A stretch of 64,000 nucleotides of DNA, taken from Antedon mediterranea (taxonomy: Eukaryota; Animalia; Echinodermata). Positions within the stretch are counted from its first letter, which is position 1; each line of letters starts with the position of its first letter. The notes under the pieces are model-generated. The model had not been told where the DNA came from. It did not search any database and saw only the letters and a list, made by a program, of their open reading frames with translations. Positions 27,040 to 39,061 of the stretch are shown piece after piece. The DNA lies in assembly GCF_964355755.1 (NCBI RefSeq), contig NC_092675.1:7683812-7747811 (forward strand), in the 5' to 3' direction. A program made the translations under genes and the position numbers.

Positions 27040-29711
27040 TTTGGGCCTCTTCTCTGTCTGATAGTGACAAGTTCCCTCTACCACCATCAACAACTGGATG
27101 TGGGCCAATAAGCTCCAAATGTCACTCCAAAAAGGATGTTTGCAGTCAGCTCTTCAGTAGCCAATCATGGACCATGAAATATCCAAAATATTCTATAAGA
27201 AAAAAGAGGATGCTACCCCATTAGTTCACATCTTTTAGAACAGAGCATTTAATTATTAGTAAATGCTTTAACAGAAAATATATTAATATAATTTAATTCA
27301 GCATTTACTTTACAGTGTAAAAGTGCTTATATTAACAAAACGCAAGTACAGCCATAGAGATATTGTAATATCTCTATAGGCCTAGTCTATGGTACAGCAT
27401 TAGCGACTTTATGCGCTATGCGGCTATGTGCACATCAAGTAAAAAGATTAGCACAAGCCATGTGGCGCGTCATAAAAACGAAGCATTGAGACGCGATTTT
27501 ATTTGCCGGGGGGAGCCGAACAGGTATGGATCATAAATGCACCTAGGCCTAACTAGAATTACTGACGCAGAAGTGGTAAATAATAGGCTCAGGCATATAC
27601 CGGATTCACCTACACATAGAGGTCACGTTTAGGCCTTCACGTAGAAATATAATTTATGTTGTAGGTGGCCTGTACTCGACCGCACGGCGTATTGTACTGT
27701 TGATTTCTATAGTGCAGAGTTAGAGTAGCCTAGCTAGGCAAGATAAGATGACCACAACAACCGACCTGTAAATAGGTTCATCATTTCAACGATCTTTAAT
27801 TACGTAATAATTGAGGGAAAACAACCTACCATCACAGTTATTATTGATTTACACGTAATGGCTATTTCACCAGCTACATATCCAATCTGGAATGTGTACA
27901 CCTTTGTTGTTGTACGTACACACACAGCAGAGCATCGGCAATCTTCTATCTCTTTCCTCTCTCAATGTGCGAGGAGATGCGGCTCGATCAACTTGCAAAA
28001 TGTAAACATTCCGACAGTGTAAAAAATCAGGTGTGCTAATATAGAGGGCGCAATACAACATTTTGCTTTGGTCAAAATTTAAAAATTCAAAAATTATCGA
28101 AAAAAAAATGTTTTTAAATAATCCTGAACAAACTTGTAGGCATAAGTAATTGTGATTGTAACTTTTTGACTATTATTCGTGACCAATGCTATGTCATACT
28201 CTGTATTTATGCAAATTATTACAATAAGAAATTAGTTATGCATCTAGGCCTACATTATTAATTTAATATGTATATCGAAAACAAATTATCTAAAACCAAT
28301 TCAAGTGGTCCAAGATACGATATCAGTACGGTACTAGGTTTATATTCGCTATACCTGGATATCTAAAACAGAAATATATTTGTTCAATATTAGTGTAAGG
28401 ACTTCCGACACTTAGGGAAGAACAACTTGATTCAAAATAGGCCTACTATTGGTTCAACTGGGAATCTCCTATTGCAACTAAAAAATGACAATGGCTTATT
28501 CAATAATCCGAAGTCAAGCATTGCATATAATTGTTCTTGCAGTGCACGAATGCACATATTGTTCTGAATATCTGATGTATAAACTAATTTATTCTGTACT
28601 CTATTCCCCTGTTGTATGATATTACACCAACATAACCCAATGGCATAAAGACCGAGATTTCTAGTGTCCTGTATATTTGATAACAAGATTCACTGTAGGC
28701 CGGTTGTAAAACCAGGTAGGCAGAAATGATTATTGTTAATGTATCGGTTAATAACTCATTTTGGCTCTGACAAACAGCAAGTAGGCCTATTCCCAATTTG
28801 AAAGTAGCCTAAATACGTCATGGATTAATGAATGTATTAATCCATGGCTTATATAGTGGCGTCGTGGGCCTACCATGTAACAACTCTCTCTCTAATAGTA
28901 GGCCTAACCCATCCTAAAACACACAGATAGCCCATGGAGGTAAACCTCCATGGATAGCCTAATAGTGACCCTGGATTACTAGTCCAGTCCCTAAGGGGAG
29001 AAAAAGGGGTGGGATGTTACCAGACTGGATACAAATTTTTCAGTATAGCAGTTTGGTAGAGTATAGTGTGGAGATGCCAAAACAAAGTTACTGGAAATCT
29101 GATTTGACCTCTGTAACCTCTGACCTCAATTTTTATATTTTTCTATTATATAACTAAAAATCGCCATATCTTGACAACGCAGGGACATTTTACATTAATT
29201 TTTTTTTCAAAATGCTTGGAAGATATATATTTATATTCGCTATAATGAAACTAATTGTACAAAAATGGCCGCAAAGGCTTTATTTTTCAGTTTGACCTTT
29301 GACCTTGATTGCCTAATATCTCAATAACACGCAATCTCAGAGATTTGAAAATGGGCTCAAAATGTTAAGAAAATAAATCTAATATTTAGTCTAATAGAAA
29401 CTTTTTTCAAAAAATTACCATAAATTAAGCTTTTTTGACCCTTGACCTCTAATGTTTGAATATGTCAATATCTCGGTAACTATTTGTCCTAAAAAGTTCA
29501 GTTTGGTGTCAAATTGTTTAGAATATACACATTTATATTTGCTCTAACAAAATATTTTGTCAGAATTCAATTAGAAATGTCATTTTGAGCTATGACCCAT
29601 CGTTTTGCATATATTTAGCAATTAATAATCTATAAAAAGAGATCGAGAGAGGGGAGGGGGTTGGGGTGGATGGAGAGACACATATTTTTGTTACATGTTA
29701 CACAAATGTTA

Positions 29712-29850
29712 AACTCTGTCTACACTATAACATTTTTATGCGACAAAAAAATGTGATGTGCCCATATATGGACACGATGAATGACATATCACTACCATAT
29801 TTGGGCACATCACACCTTTTTTGTTAAACTAGTTTATAGTGTAGACAAAC
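29712..29850. mobile_element. MITE family C copy nested in the Academ element
   Basis: ctctgtctacactata...aactagtttatagtgtagac, as at 44406-44555. Confidence 0.7.
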
Positions 29851-30339
29851 ATGTAAAAAATATGTGTCTCTCCATCACCCCAACCACCTCCCCCTCTCTC
29901 GCTTTTCCAATGCTACTGCATGCATCTATACACATCAAAATGACCGGAATTGTACTGGAAAGTTTTTAGCTACATTTGAAAATAAGTCCCAGAGGATGGG
30001 TGTATTGTAATGTTATCAGAATTATGGCAATTGTTTGTAATGGGAAAGTTTTAAAACTACATTTGAAATATTTGCTAATAATATCACATGCTATTAAATA
30101 TATACTTATTTTCCCCCTGACAAAAGTAATGTTGACAAATATTTTTGTTGAATATGCAATTTTAATGTCACACATAATAGTTTCACCAAAAATTGGATTG
30201 AAAAAAAATGATATAGTGCATACCCAAAAAAACTGTAATTCAAAGCAAAAAATAGGCTGGAAGTCTTTGTGATTTTGGTTAAATTAACTGTTTATTTTGT
30301 CTTTAAAGTGATATTTACTCTATTTTTTAGATTAGCTCT

Positions 30340-30800
30340 TTGATTAAACACCTCTTCCAATGCAGTGAAGATCTTAAGTGTCGCCTTGTCTTACTAATCT
30401 TCCTTAACTTCTCTTTGAACGATCGTAATCAATATTTGTTGAGGTATAATATTTCCCTCTAATATGGTAATGCCTGTTTTATTGAGTCAAATGCTTTCTG
30501 ATAATCTCTAAATCAAAGATTTGGTGATATTAATTTCCTTTTTATTTTAGTTGATTGACAAACTGTATAAGATGGTCCTACTGTATAAAGCCTTATATAT
30601 TGGTTTATTTACTTCTAGTCGGTCTCTGATTTTGTTTTTTGATTACTTTTGTAAATTAATGTTCGTTTGGTCGGTAATGGTTGATGTCAGTTTTGTCAGG
30701 ATTAAAGTTAAATTATCATTGCTTCTCTTAATTTCTTCTGGTTTCAAAGATTTTGTTAGTGTTATGAGCTGGATGTGTTATTGCCTCATCAAGCCAAGAT
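30340..30800 (-). pseudogene. Heavily eroded RTE-clade LINE reverse transcriptase remnant
   Basis: Minus-strand translation gives, in the correct order, YRP, FTKVIK..KIRDRLE, DHL, DYQKAFDSI (30480-30506), VRQGDT (30377-30394) and KIFTALEEVF, with deletions and frameshifts between motifs. Boundaries approximate. Confidence 0.7.
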
Positions 30801-32070
30801 GGTAATTTTGACTGCTCACTGGTTTGTTTTCCTTTTATATTCCACTACAGTATGTTCTTGAAAAGAAATCAACTTTGTAATTAATTTGTCTTTGATCCTT
30901 TTCAGATTTCTAATATTTTAAACATATGTTTTTCTTTTCTTCGCTTTTCCTCACTGTTTCAAATATTTTATTTTTTCAACATACTTCAAGCAATTAATTG
31001 ATAATTAGGTCATATGTTTTATGAGTATCAAATCACATTGGTTAATTCTTCTTTTCTTTCTTTAAGATCCTGATTTTCTTTTTTTTTTTATTGTTATTTA
31101 ACTTTTAAGTTTATCTAATTTTTTGTTGATATTAAGTGTTGCTCTTACGGTGTAGGTCTACCATGCGATGGAATTATATATTGAAATTAAATTAAACATT
31201 AAGTTTTAAGAAAATTGTAAAAGGCTAAATAGGATATTGAATGTAGTTCTGGTCCATTAAATCTATATTTTAGGTATATTATTATAAGTATGACACACGC
31301 ACGCTTAACAGTATATCCTGGTCATACCTCAAACTGGCATTTCCAGTAAAAATATGATAACATCTTCTATTAGAGCTAATATAAATGTTTACATTTTGAA
31401 CATTTTGACACCAAGTTGAACTTTTTATGACATTTGGTTACAGAGATACAGACATATTTAAACATTAAAGGTCAAAGGTCAGTAAATTACATTTCCTGTG
31501 GATTTGGAAGAACATGTTTAATTAGAGTATATATAAATATGTATGCTCTTAACAATTTGAAACAAATTTCAAGAAATTTTGACCAGTAGTTATTGAGATA
31601 TAGTAAGCCGAGGTCAAAGGTCAAAACATTGAGAAATTACATTTCCGGTCGTTTTTTTGAAAAAAGTTCTATTAGAGCGAATATAAATATGTACCCTCTG
31701 ATCTATTTGACACCAATATCATTTCAATTGTCAAACCCGTTGCGGAGATATGGCTGTTTAAGATAGAAATATAAAAATTAAGGTCAGAGGTCACAGAGGT
31801 CAAATCAGATTTCCAGTAACTTTGTTTTGGTATCTCCATATCATGTTCTATCAACATGCCAAAGGGCACACTTTTATCCACTATGGTAACATCATTTCCC
31901 CTTAGGGACTGGACTATACTGCTAAAGCTTTACGGTATTGTTGGCTTATTGTTTCTTCTGTCTTTACTATGACCGAGTTGAGAAACTTGTTGTGTATACA
32001 GACCAGATAAATATACAATGATTGTTAAGGATTTCCTTTTATGAATCGAAAAAATGTAACTATTGTATAT

Positions 32071-32330
32071 TGTTATATACCCCCAGTACCTTTGTACAGT
32101 AGTAATGTATTGTAATATAATGTAAAGTATTGTAAAGCTGACTCAAAGATAGATGCATTCACTTCGACTACTTTTTAACAACTATTTTATTCACAATTCT
32201 ACTATCTATATGACTCATACAAATTGGTATAGTTACAGGTGGTATTTGTAAACCAACTGATAACATAGGAAGTGTATACTGATAAACAAATGTATCATCT
32301 TGCCTACTGGCACCATAGCTAGACATAACA
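32071..32330 (-). repeat. 3' LTR
   Basis: Direct repeat of 35252-35511, with the polypurine tract adjacent at 32331-32342. Confidence 0.95.
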
Positions 32331-32360
32331 TCTCTCCCCTCCTAATTTCACATGTTACAT

Positions 32361-35210
32361 TTAGGGAGTGTAATCAATTAACCAACGTGGTTTATAAACT
32401 TCACGTCTAGGTCTATCTTTATCAAATGTATGTACAACAGTATCTTTCTGTTTCTGTGTGGTTAGATCATTTGTTAGGTATTTAGCATTCCAGATCTTTC
32501 CATCATCTAGCTCATATGTAGCATTACTAACAATTCTTTTAATTTTTCCTCCAGTATAGAACTTATTACTTGATTTATCAACATGTCTCGGATTCTTAAT
32601 TCGTACTGAATCTCCCACTTTAAATTGTGGTTTCCTCACATTTTTCTTATCATCGTAATACTTCTTACTTTTACTTTGGAACTTTTTAACTCGTTCCTTT
32701 ACCTCAGTATGTTTAATTCCATTTTGGTAACCATCTGTAGGTCTTACATTTAGTGTAGTAATTAATTTACGCTTATGTAATAATTCTGCAGGAGATATGC
32801 CTGTAACAGCATGAGGTGTAGATCGATAGATCATAAGAAATTCTAACATGGCCTCATTCCAATTCTTATTATTTTCATTGGCCATTTGAATGGTATGTTT
32901 AATTGTTCTATTCATTCTTTCAACTAATCCATTACTTTTAGGATAGTACAATGATGTTCTAATGTGTTTAATACCTCTCTCCTTTAAATAATTTTCAAAC
33001 TCTATGGATACAAATTGTTTCCCATTATCGGATACCAACTCATTTGGTAATCCTTCTCTTGCAAATATCTGATCGAGAAAATTACATACAAATGTAGATG
33101 TAATATCATTAGTAAAAGAAACTTGTTCAGTACCCCACACAAACGCATTTTCTTTCCTTAGCAAATACCTTAATGGTTCTGATGTAGTCGCATAATTTGG
33201 TACAAATTTTGCATAGTATCCAAACATTCCCAAAGCAGTTCTCAATTCAGAGATGTTGTTTGGAATTTTTGCCTCGATTATGGCTTTTACATGGTCATTA
33301 TCAGGTTGAAGTCCTGAAGCCGAAATTGTATGACCTAAGTATGAAATTTGTTTCACTCTAAATTTGCATTTATCAAGGTTTAGCGTTAACCCTGCCTTTT
33401 GTATTTTACTTAGAACATTTTCCATATTAATAGCATGTTCATGTTCATCTTTACCAAAGACAACAATATCGTCAAGATAGCAACGTACCCCCTTTGCATT
33501 CATTAGGATTGAACTCATTGTTTTCTGAAATGCAGATGGTGCGGAAGCAAGACCAAAACATACTCTCTTATAACGGTAAAGGCCTTGATGCGTAATAAAA
33601 GCAGTTAAATCCCTACTTTCTTTATGTAATGTCAATTGATGGTACGCAGATCTAAGATCTAACGTAGAAAATACAGTAGCACCATGCAATGAATTGAATA
33701 ATTCTGAAATATCAGGTAAAGGAAATTGGTCTACTACAAGTTCTTTGTTAACTTCTCTTAAATCTATACAAATACGTACATCACCGGATTTTTTACCTAC
33801 TACGACAATAGGACTTACCCAAGGACTTGCATTAATTTTCTCTATAATTCCTTGGCTTTCTAACCTATCAAGTTCTTTAGCAACTTTGTCTCTTACCGTA
33901 AATGGTAAGCTTCGTAATTTCTGAATTTTCGGTGTACAGTGTTCGCGGACCATAGCTTTATGTACGAAATCCTTCGCGAGCCCCACATTCCCATTGAACA
34001 ATCTCGGATAGTTCTTTTTCAGTTCTTGCTTGTATTCAGCATCATCAATTGTAGTAGTATCTTTAGCAACTTGGACGTAAGCAATTTGTCCTTTCACAAT
34101 GTTAATATTTAGGTTGCTAATCAAGTCCATCCCGAGAATAGGCGATCCTTTTTCTACAATGTAAATCTTCGCGTGCACTTTATTCTCTGGCTCACTGGCA
34201 AGGGTAACTGGTAAATTCACAAATCCATGCACATGTATCGGTTCCTTGGAGTAGGTCATCAGTTTGATTGACGCCTTTTGTAGAGCTTCGTTGACAAAAT
34301 ATCGATTATAGATTCTTTTGGGTAGAATTGTAACTGGTGAACCAGTATCTATGGTCATGTTCACTTTTGCTGAATGACCTATCAATACGTCAGTGCGTAA
34401 TTTTCTGTTAACCATCACATTAACAGACATGGTTTCATCAATATTTTCAATTTCAACACTTCTGCAAACACTAGCAAAATGTCCTATCTTACGGCATTTA
34501 TTGCATTTAGCTTTCTTTGCCTTGCATTTGACATCATTTGCTTTGTGCGATTTCGAACCACAACGAAAACAGTACTCACTGGATTTGTATTTTGCTGGCT
34601 GTTGTTTAGGTTTGTAATTACTCTTTCGTATCTGCTCAACAGGTACTGGTAGTTCAGCTTTACCTATTATTTGGCATTCTTTTGCAGCATGTTCGCATTG
34701 CCTTGTAATTTCTATGGCAGTATTTAATGTAAGTTCAGGTTCCAGAAGTAATCTTTCGCGAATACGGGAAGAATTAGTTTTCTCAACTAACTGGTCTCTT
34801 ATCATTTCATCAGCTATTACACCGAAATTACATGAAATTGATAATTGTCGAAGTTCTCTTACGTACTCATCTGATGTTTCATCCTGGAGTTGTCTACGTT
34901 GACGAAATTTGTATCTTTCCGCTACAACGTTTAATCTTGGGTTAAAATGTGCCCGCAATTTGGCAACAGTTGCATCATATGAATTAACATCATCATTTGG
35001 ATCAATTTCTCTTTCTGGTAAAGAGCTGTAAATACGTTGACCCTCAGTACCAAGACAATGTAGTAATAGTGCTTTTCTTCTTTCAGCATTCCATCGGTCA
35101 CTTCCAGACGCAAGAGTATAATTTGTAAAAAATTCAAACCATTGTTCAAACTTTAACGTTGATTTGCCTGGAGTAGGTAGAAACGGTACTGGTGGTGAAA
35201 TTCCAGCCAT
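32361..35210 (-). CDS. Gag-Pol polyprotein (949 aa) lacking RNase H and the N-terminal part of integrase
   Basis: Zinc knuckles CFRCGSKSH..C and CNKCRKIGHFASVC, protease IDTGS, RT LDLRSAYHQ/FGLASAP/YLDD, then FVWGTEQ fused directly to the integrase core (GLPNELVSDNG..SNGLVERMN). Confidence 0.93.
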   Translation of the reverse strand: MAGISPPVPFLPTPGKSTLKFEQWFEFFTNYTLASGSDRWNAERRKALLLHCLGTEGQRIYSSLPEREIDPNDDVNSYDATVAKLRAHFNPRLNVVAERYKFRQRRQLQDETSDEYVRELRQLSISCNFGVIADEMIRDQLVEKTNSSRIRERLLLEPELTLNTAIEITRQCEHAAKECQIIGKAELPVPVEQIRKSNYKPKQQPAKYKSSEYCFRCGSKSHKANDVKCKAKKAKCNKCRKIGHFASVCRSVEIENIDETMSVNVMVNRKLRTDVLIGHSAKVNMTIDTGSPVTILPKRIYNRYFVNEALQKASIKLMTYSKEPIHVHGFVNLPVTLASEPENKVHAKIYIVEKGSPILGMDLISNLNINIVKGQIAYVQVAKDTTTIDDAEYKQELKKNYPRLFNGNVGLAKDFVHKAMVREHCTPKIQKLRSLPFTVRDKVAKELDRLESQGIIEKINASPWVSPIVVVGKKSGDVRICIDLREVNKELVVDQFPLPDISELFNSLHGATVFSTLDLRSAYHQLTLHKESRDLTAFITHQGLYRYKRVCFGLASAPSAFQKTMSSILMNAKGVRCYLDDIVVFGKDEHEHAINMENVLSKIQKAGLTLNLDKCKFRVKQISYLGHTISASGLQPDNDHVKAIIEAKIPNNISELRTALGMFGYYAKFVPNYATTSEPLRYLLRKENAFVWGTEQVSFTNDITSTFVCNFLDQIFAREGLPNELVSDNGKQFVSIEFENYLKERGIKHIRTSLYYPKSNGLVERMNRTIKHTIQMANENNKNWNEAMLEFLMIYRSTPHAVTGISPAELLHKRKLITTLNVRPTDGYQNGIKHTEVKERVKKFQSKSKKYYDDKKNVRKPQFKVGDSVRIKNPRHVDKSSNKFYTGGKIKRIVSNATYELDDGKIWNAKYLTNDLTTQKQKDTVVHTFDKDRPRREVYKPRWLIDYTP

Positions 35211-35229
35211 TGTATCACTTAGAATTTAA

Positions 35230-35248
35230 AATCCGATCCTCGTCGCCA
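35230..35248 (-). other. Primer-binding site, complementary to the tRNA-Ser 3' end
   Basis: Plus strand aatccgatcctcgtcgcca, 3 nt from the 5' LTR. It resembles the 3' end of tRNA-Ser(GCT) plus CCA. Confidence 0.75.
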
Positions 35249-35251
35249 ATT

Positions 35252-35511
35252 TGTTATATACCCCCAGTACCTTTGTACAGTAGTAATGTATTGTAATATA
35301 ATGTAAAGTATTGTAAAGCTGACTCAAAGATAGATGCATTCACTTCGACTACTTTTTAACAACTATTTTATTCACAATTCTACTATCTATATGACTCATA
35401 CAAATTGGTATAGTTACAGGTGGTATTTGTAAACCAACTGATAACATAGGAAGTGTATACTGATAAACAAATGTATCATCTTGCCTACTGGCACCATAGC
35501 TAGACATAACA
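35252..35511 (-). repeat. 5' LTR
   Basis: Direct repeat of 32071-32330. Confidence 0.95.
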
Positions 35512-36411
35512 TATATTTTACCTGGTAAAGGCATCAGCAATATAAAATTATCAGAAGGAAATCGGAAGCTGTTCGGCCCTAAACAATCTCCAGAAAATAT
35601 GCTATAACGTTTTTTTTTTATATAGGATCAGGAACATGGTGAGAAGATTAACTTTAATTTCAATTGTCACCTTTATTATTACTATGAGTTTGTGGTACTC
35701 AGCGCATTCCAGGGCCAGGTGAAATGTTATTCTTATTATTATCATAATCAGATACATTGTCGTCATGATCATTGATGACGTCGCCATTAGCATATATCTC
35801 ATCACTCAAATTATCATCGCAATCAACATTTGTACAATGTTTCATCATTATTATGATGGAGTTGTATTACTCCGTGATTAGACCTAACTATTATATCATC
35901 AAATTCCGCATCTTTCATCAATATCATTATTTTATCTAAGAGTAATTAGGCCTATAATGATATTGATGGGGATGAATACCCTCAACATAGGCGGAATACA
36001 TATAGAATGTATCTTACATTTTACAATTGAGGCACATGGATGCACCCATCTCGGCTCCCCCACCCATATTTCAAAATTCTTTTTTTTTATTTATTTTTTT
36101 TATTAATCCTTATTTAAAGATTTATTATATTGTCCCCCCAAAACATGAAAAATAAAGATTATTAAAATCAGATTTTGAATAGATTATTTTGTAGTTTTAA
36201 TATACAGTTAATCACTTCCATAGAAAAGAAATCGGAAAAAATTAATGTTTTCAAAATAAAAATGAAAAAATAAATGGTTAGGCCGAAATTTAACCAAAAA
36301 CTCATTGACTGGCCGCCAATTTGACTATTTTTCGCTTTACATTACAGTTTTTTAAAGAGGGTAACCCTAAACAGCATATGCTGGCAATCAAGGGGCCCTT
36401 TCTTTCACACG

Positions 36412-37910
36412 ATGATCTTACTTATTTTTTGCGCACTATATTTTTTAAGAAATAAAGTCGGAGTAAACCACAACGTGTATCATGCAAAACATGGAAAACA
36501 CAAAAAAGTGAAGGACAGAAAAAAAGAAATGAATCAAAAGATCGATGTAAGTTTTTTTTGTTTAATGTTCAAAGGACAATTTGTTGTTGGATAGGGGTTC
36601 TTAATATTATAAGTATGTTATTATAATATTAATATATTCGTTATACAAAATGTATTAATGTATGCCACGTGATGTGAAATCAACCAATCAAATGACAAGG
36701 ATACACTTTGGTATGTTCCTGAAATATAACATGAACTGAGAAACTATAAGGCTCCTCTTTTTAAAGACGATCGATGTAGGCCTGACTTGACCGAGAACAG
36801 GGGGCGGATCCAGATTTGTTAATAAGAGATTTATTCTGGGAGCCTCTCGATGAGCTCCTGGAGATGTAACTCTTAACATAGGATCAAAACTTCAATTTAC
36901 CTTAGGCCTAACATTATTACGTTATTATTGAACGTTCTGGTTTTTCTTTTATAAGTGCAAGGAATTTTTCAAAAATGGCCAATATCAATTAGGACCTAAC
37001 CCCGATTCGTTTTTATATAATCCTTTAGAAAGCAAGAAAGAAGCCTAAACATGGCAATCGAAGTAATGGCACTAACGAAAAGAACACTAAGTTATTAGAA
37101 AAACTGGAAGAAAACTGCAAGAAATCAATTGGTCACTATGGGTTAGATTCAGTTACTGTGGGAAACCAGGCATACACTGGAAATAAGCTTGTAAAAGGAC
37201 TAACACTTGTTTACAACGAACAACCAAAATGTATTTTTAACTTGGCGCCGTTTTGCGGGGAAGATTTCTGGAAGTTACTCCTAGCAAGAACACAAGGCTT
37301 GAAATACAAAAAGCCAACAATTGGTCGAATCAACAGAGCTTTACATTACATGAAGACGTTGTCACAATCTGATTTTTCCGATCGTCTAAATACTTCGAAG
37401 AAGGTTTTACTGATACGAGACCCACTGAAAAGGATGATTGCGGCTTATAGAGATGCATTCGAGGAAAAGGTAGTCAGGGCTGAAATCAAAGACGTTGTTT
37501 TGAATATGAATTCATTCTTTAAAAGACAACCAAATTCAACCTCTGACATCACGTTTCCAGAGTTCTTTCGTTACGTAGCCTCATCTCCATCTCATCCGAC
37601 AGCCAACCGTTTATGGGGACCACTCACGAACCCACTGATGGTGTGCGACATCAAGTGGGATTGTATCTATTCTATTGAAAACCATTATGACGACTTCAAA
37701 TACATACAGTCTGGGTTAGGTTTTAAAATTCCAAAAGGAGTCCACCTAGCTGAATTTAAGAGTAGCCTCATTATTCCAGATACAGAAATACCAAAATACT
37801 ATGAGCGTGTTGACAAGAAAGCTTTATCGAAGTTCTATAAACAGTTTAAATTGGATTTTGAAATATTCAATTATAAAATGGCAACAATAAGATCTATGAA
37901 GAACAGCTAG
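36412..37910 (+). CDS. Divergent carbohydrate sulfotransferase-like protein (HNK-1ST/CHST8-14, Sulfotransfer_2 family)
   Basis: Main exon 37029-37910 (acceptor cctttag, open frame) with LLIRDPLKRMIAAY, ITFPEFFRYV, CDIKWD and FYKQFKLDFEIFNY. Candidate upstream exon 36412-36546 (hydrophobic MILLIFCALYFL plus basic stem, donor gtaagt, phase 0 compatible). The 5' exon is tentative. Confidence 0.75.
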
Positions 37911-37962
37911 CTATTGTTGATATAGAAATAATACATTCGTTTGTTTATCCTTGGAATTATAA

Positions 37963-38350
37963 TTGATAACACTCTTACATGGAAATCGCACACTTCTGCT
38001 TTATGTAAAAACTCAACTAACTTCCTTCTCACGCACCTCTAAATTTGTCAACCAGTCGACATGTCTTCTCCTCTATAATGCTATATTTATTTCCCGCTTT
38101 GATTACTGCTGCTTAGTCTGGGGTTCTAACTCTAATACTAACCTCTCTTGTAAACTACAAAAAATAAAAAACAGAGCTTTACGCATTATTCTCAAACATA
38201 ATCCTATGTCACACCTCTCTGATGATCACTTTAGACTAGCCCATACCATTCCTCTTCAGAAAAGACTCCACTACCAACTTGGTTGTCTTACTTTTAAAAC
38301 CCTAAATCGTCTTGCTCCTCAAGGCTTATGCCATCTCCTCACTAACGCAG
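37963..38350 (+). mobile_element. 3' fragment of a CR1/L2-group LINE ORF2
   Basis: LLLYNAIFISRFDYCCLVWG..KLQKIKNRALRIIL..TFKTLNRLAP, typical of the region after the RT domain. Confidence 0.75.
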
Positions 38351-39061
38351 ATCAATCCTTTATAAAAAGCATCGGTTTAGACAATCGCAACAGAGGGGGT
38401 GGGGGGGGGGAGGATGTATTTTAGTCACGATATCAATTAATCAATTTGTTTTTATCGCACGTAGGCAACGTAGACAATTTATTGTTTTCTTGAGTGTATT
38501 TAGTTTTTTAATTTTGTTTTAATTATCCATTTTCATACTTTATTATTACATAGGTGTTTACTGTTGGGTATTTGCCAAGTGTTGTAATAAATAATTATGA
38601 TTAGTGTGATATTGATTTGATTTTAATCTTCCAACTACGTCTCCAACTTCAATCTATTCACCAATATATGTGCTTCTAGTCTCTTTCTACACTCCGTATC
38701 TGGTGAAACAAAGAAGAAAAGATAAAAAGAGAGAAAGAAGGGGAGCTTTGATTTAACTTTTTATAGAGTGTATACATATCTGTTTGTTAACTTAACAAAA
38801 ACACGTAAAATGCAGCAATATAATATTTCAATTCAGTAATCAGCCTAACTGACGTCATTAAGCGTTCAATAGTATACGTCTATTGAATATCGTGTGACCC
38901 TCCCACAATCCTTCAAAATCAAAAAGAATTAATCTTTTCATGTTAATATGATAAGAAAGCGCAATAAACGACTAGAATAACTGGATTTGTTTAAATTTCC
39001 TGTTATTCCTCGTTAAGTGTTGAGATTTTACTCCAATTAATGATTATGTTAAAGACTTATA

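Larger units (their letters stand above)
28980..31916. mobile_element. Non-autonomous Academ element
   Basis: TAGTCCAGTCCCTAAGGGGA...TCCCCTTAGGGACTGGACTA termini, 3-bp TSD TAC (28977-28979 and 31917-31919), long imperfect TIRs (gttactggaaatctgatttgacctctg vs cagaggtcaaatcagatttccagtaac). First 10 nt identical to the 983-5573 element. Confidence 0.85.
32071..35511 (-). mobile_element. Ty3/Gypsy LTR retrotransposon (Mag-like), recent, internally deleted
   Basis: 260-bp TG...CA LTRs at 32071-32330 and 35252-35511 that look identical by eye, 5-bp TSD TATAT, PBS TGGCGACGAGGAT, PPT GGAGGGGAGAGA, single gag-pol ORF. Confidence 0.96.

Noticed and set aside
27830-27960. Putative non-coding first exon of the PDE gene (donor gatg|gtaggt at 27829)
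   Set aside because: Plausible, but there are competing donors (e.g. ~27609) and no transcript evidence, so it is not listed as a feature.
33694-35149. Short ORFs overlapping gag-pol
   Set aside because: Antisense or alternate-frame shadows with no motifs.
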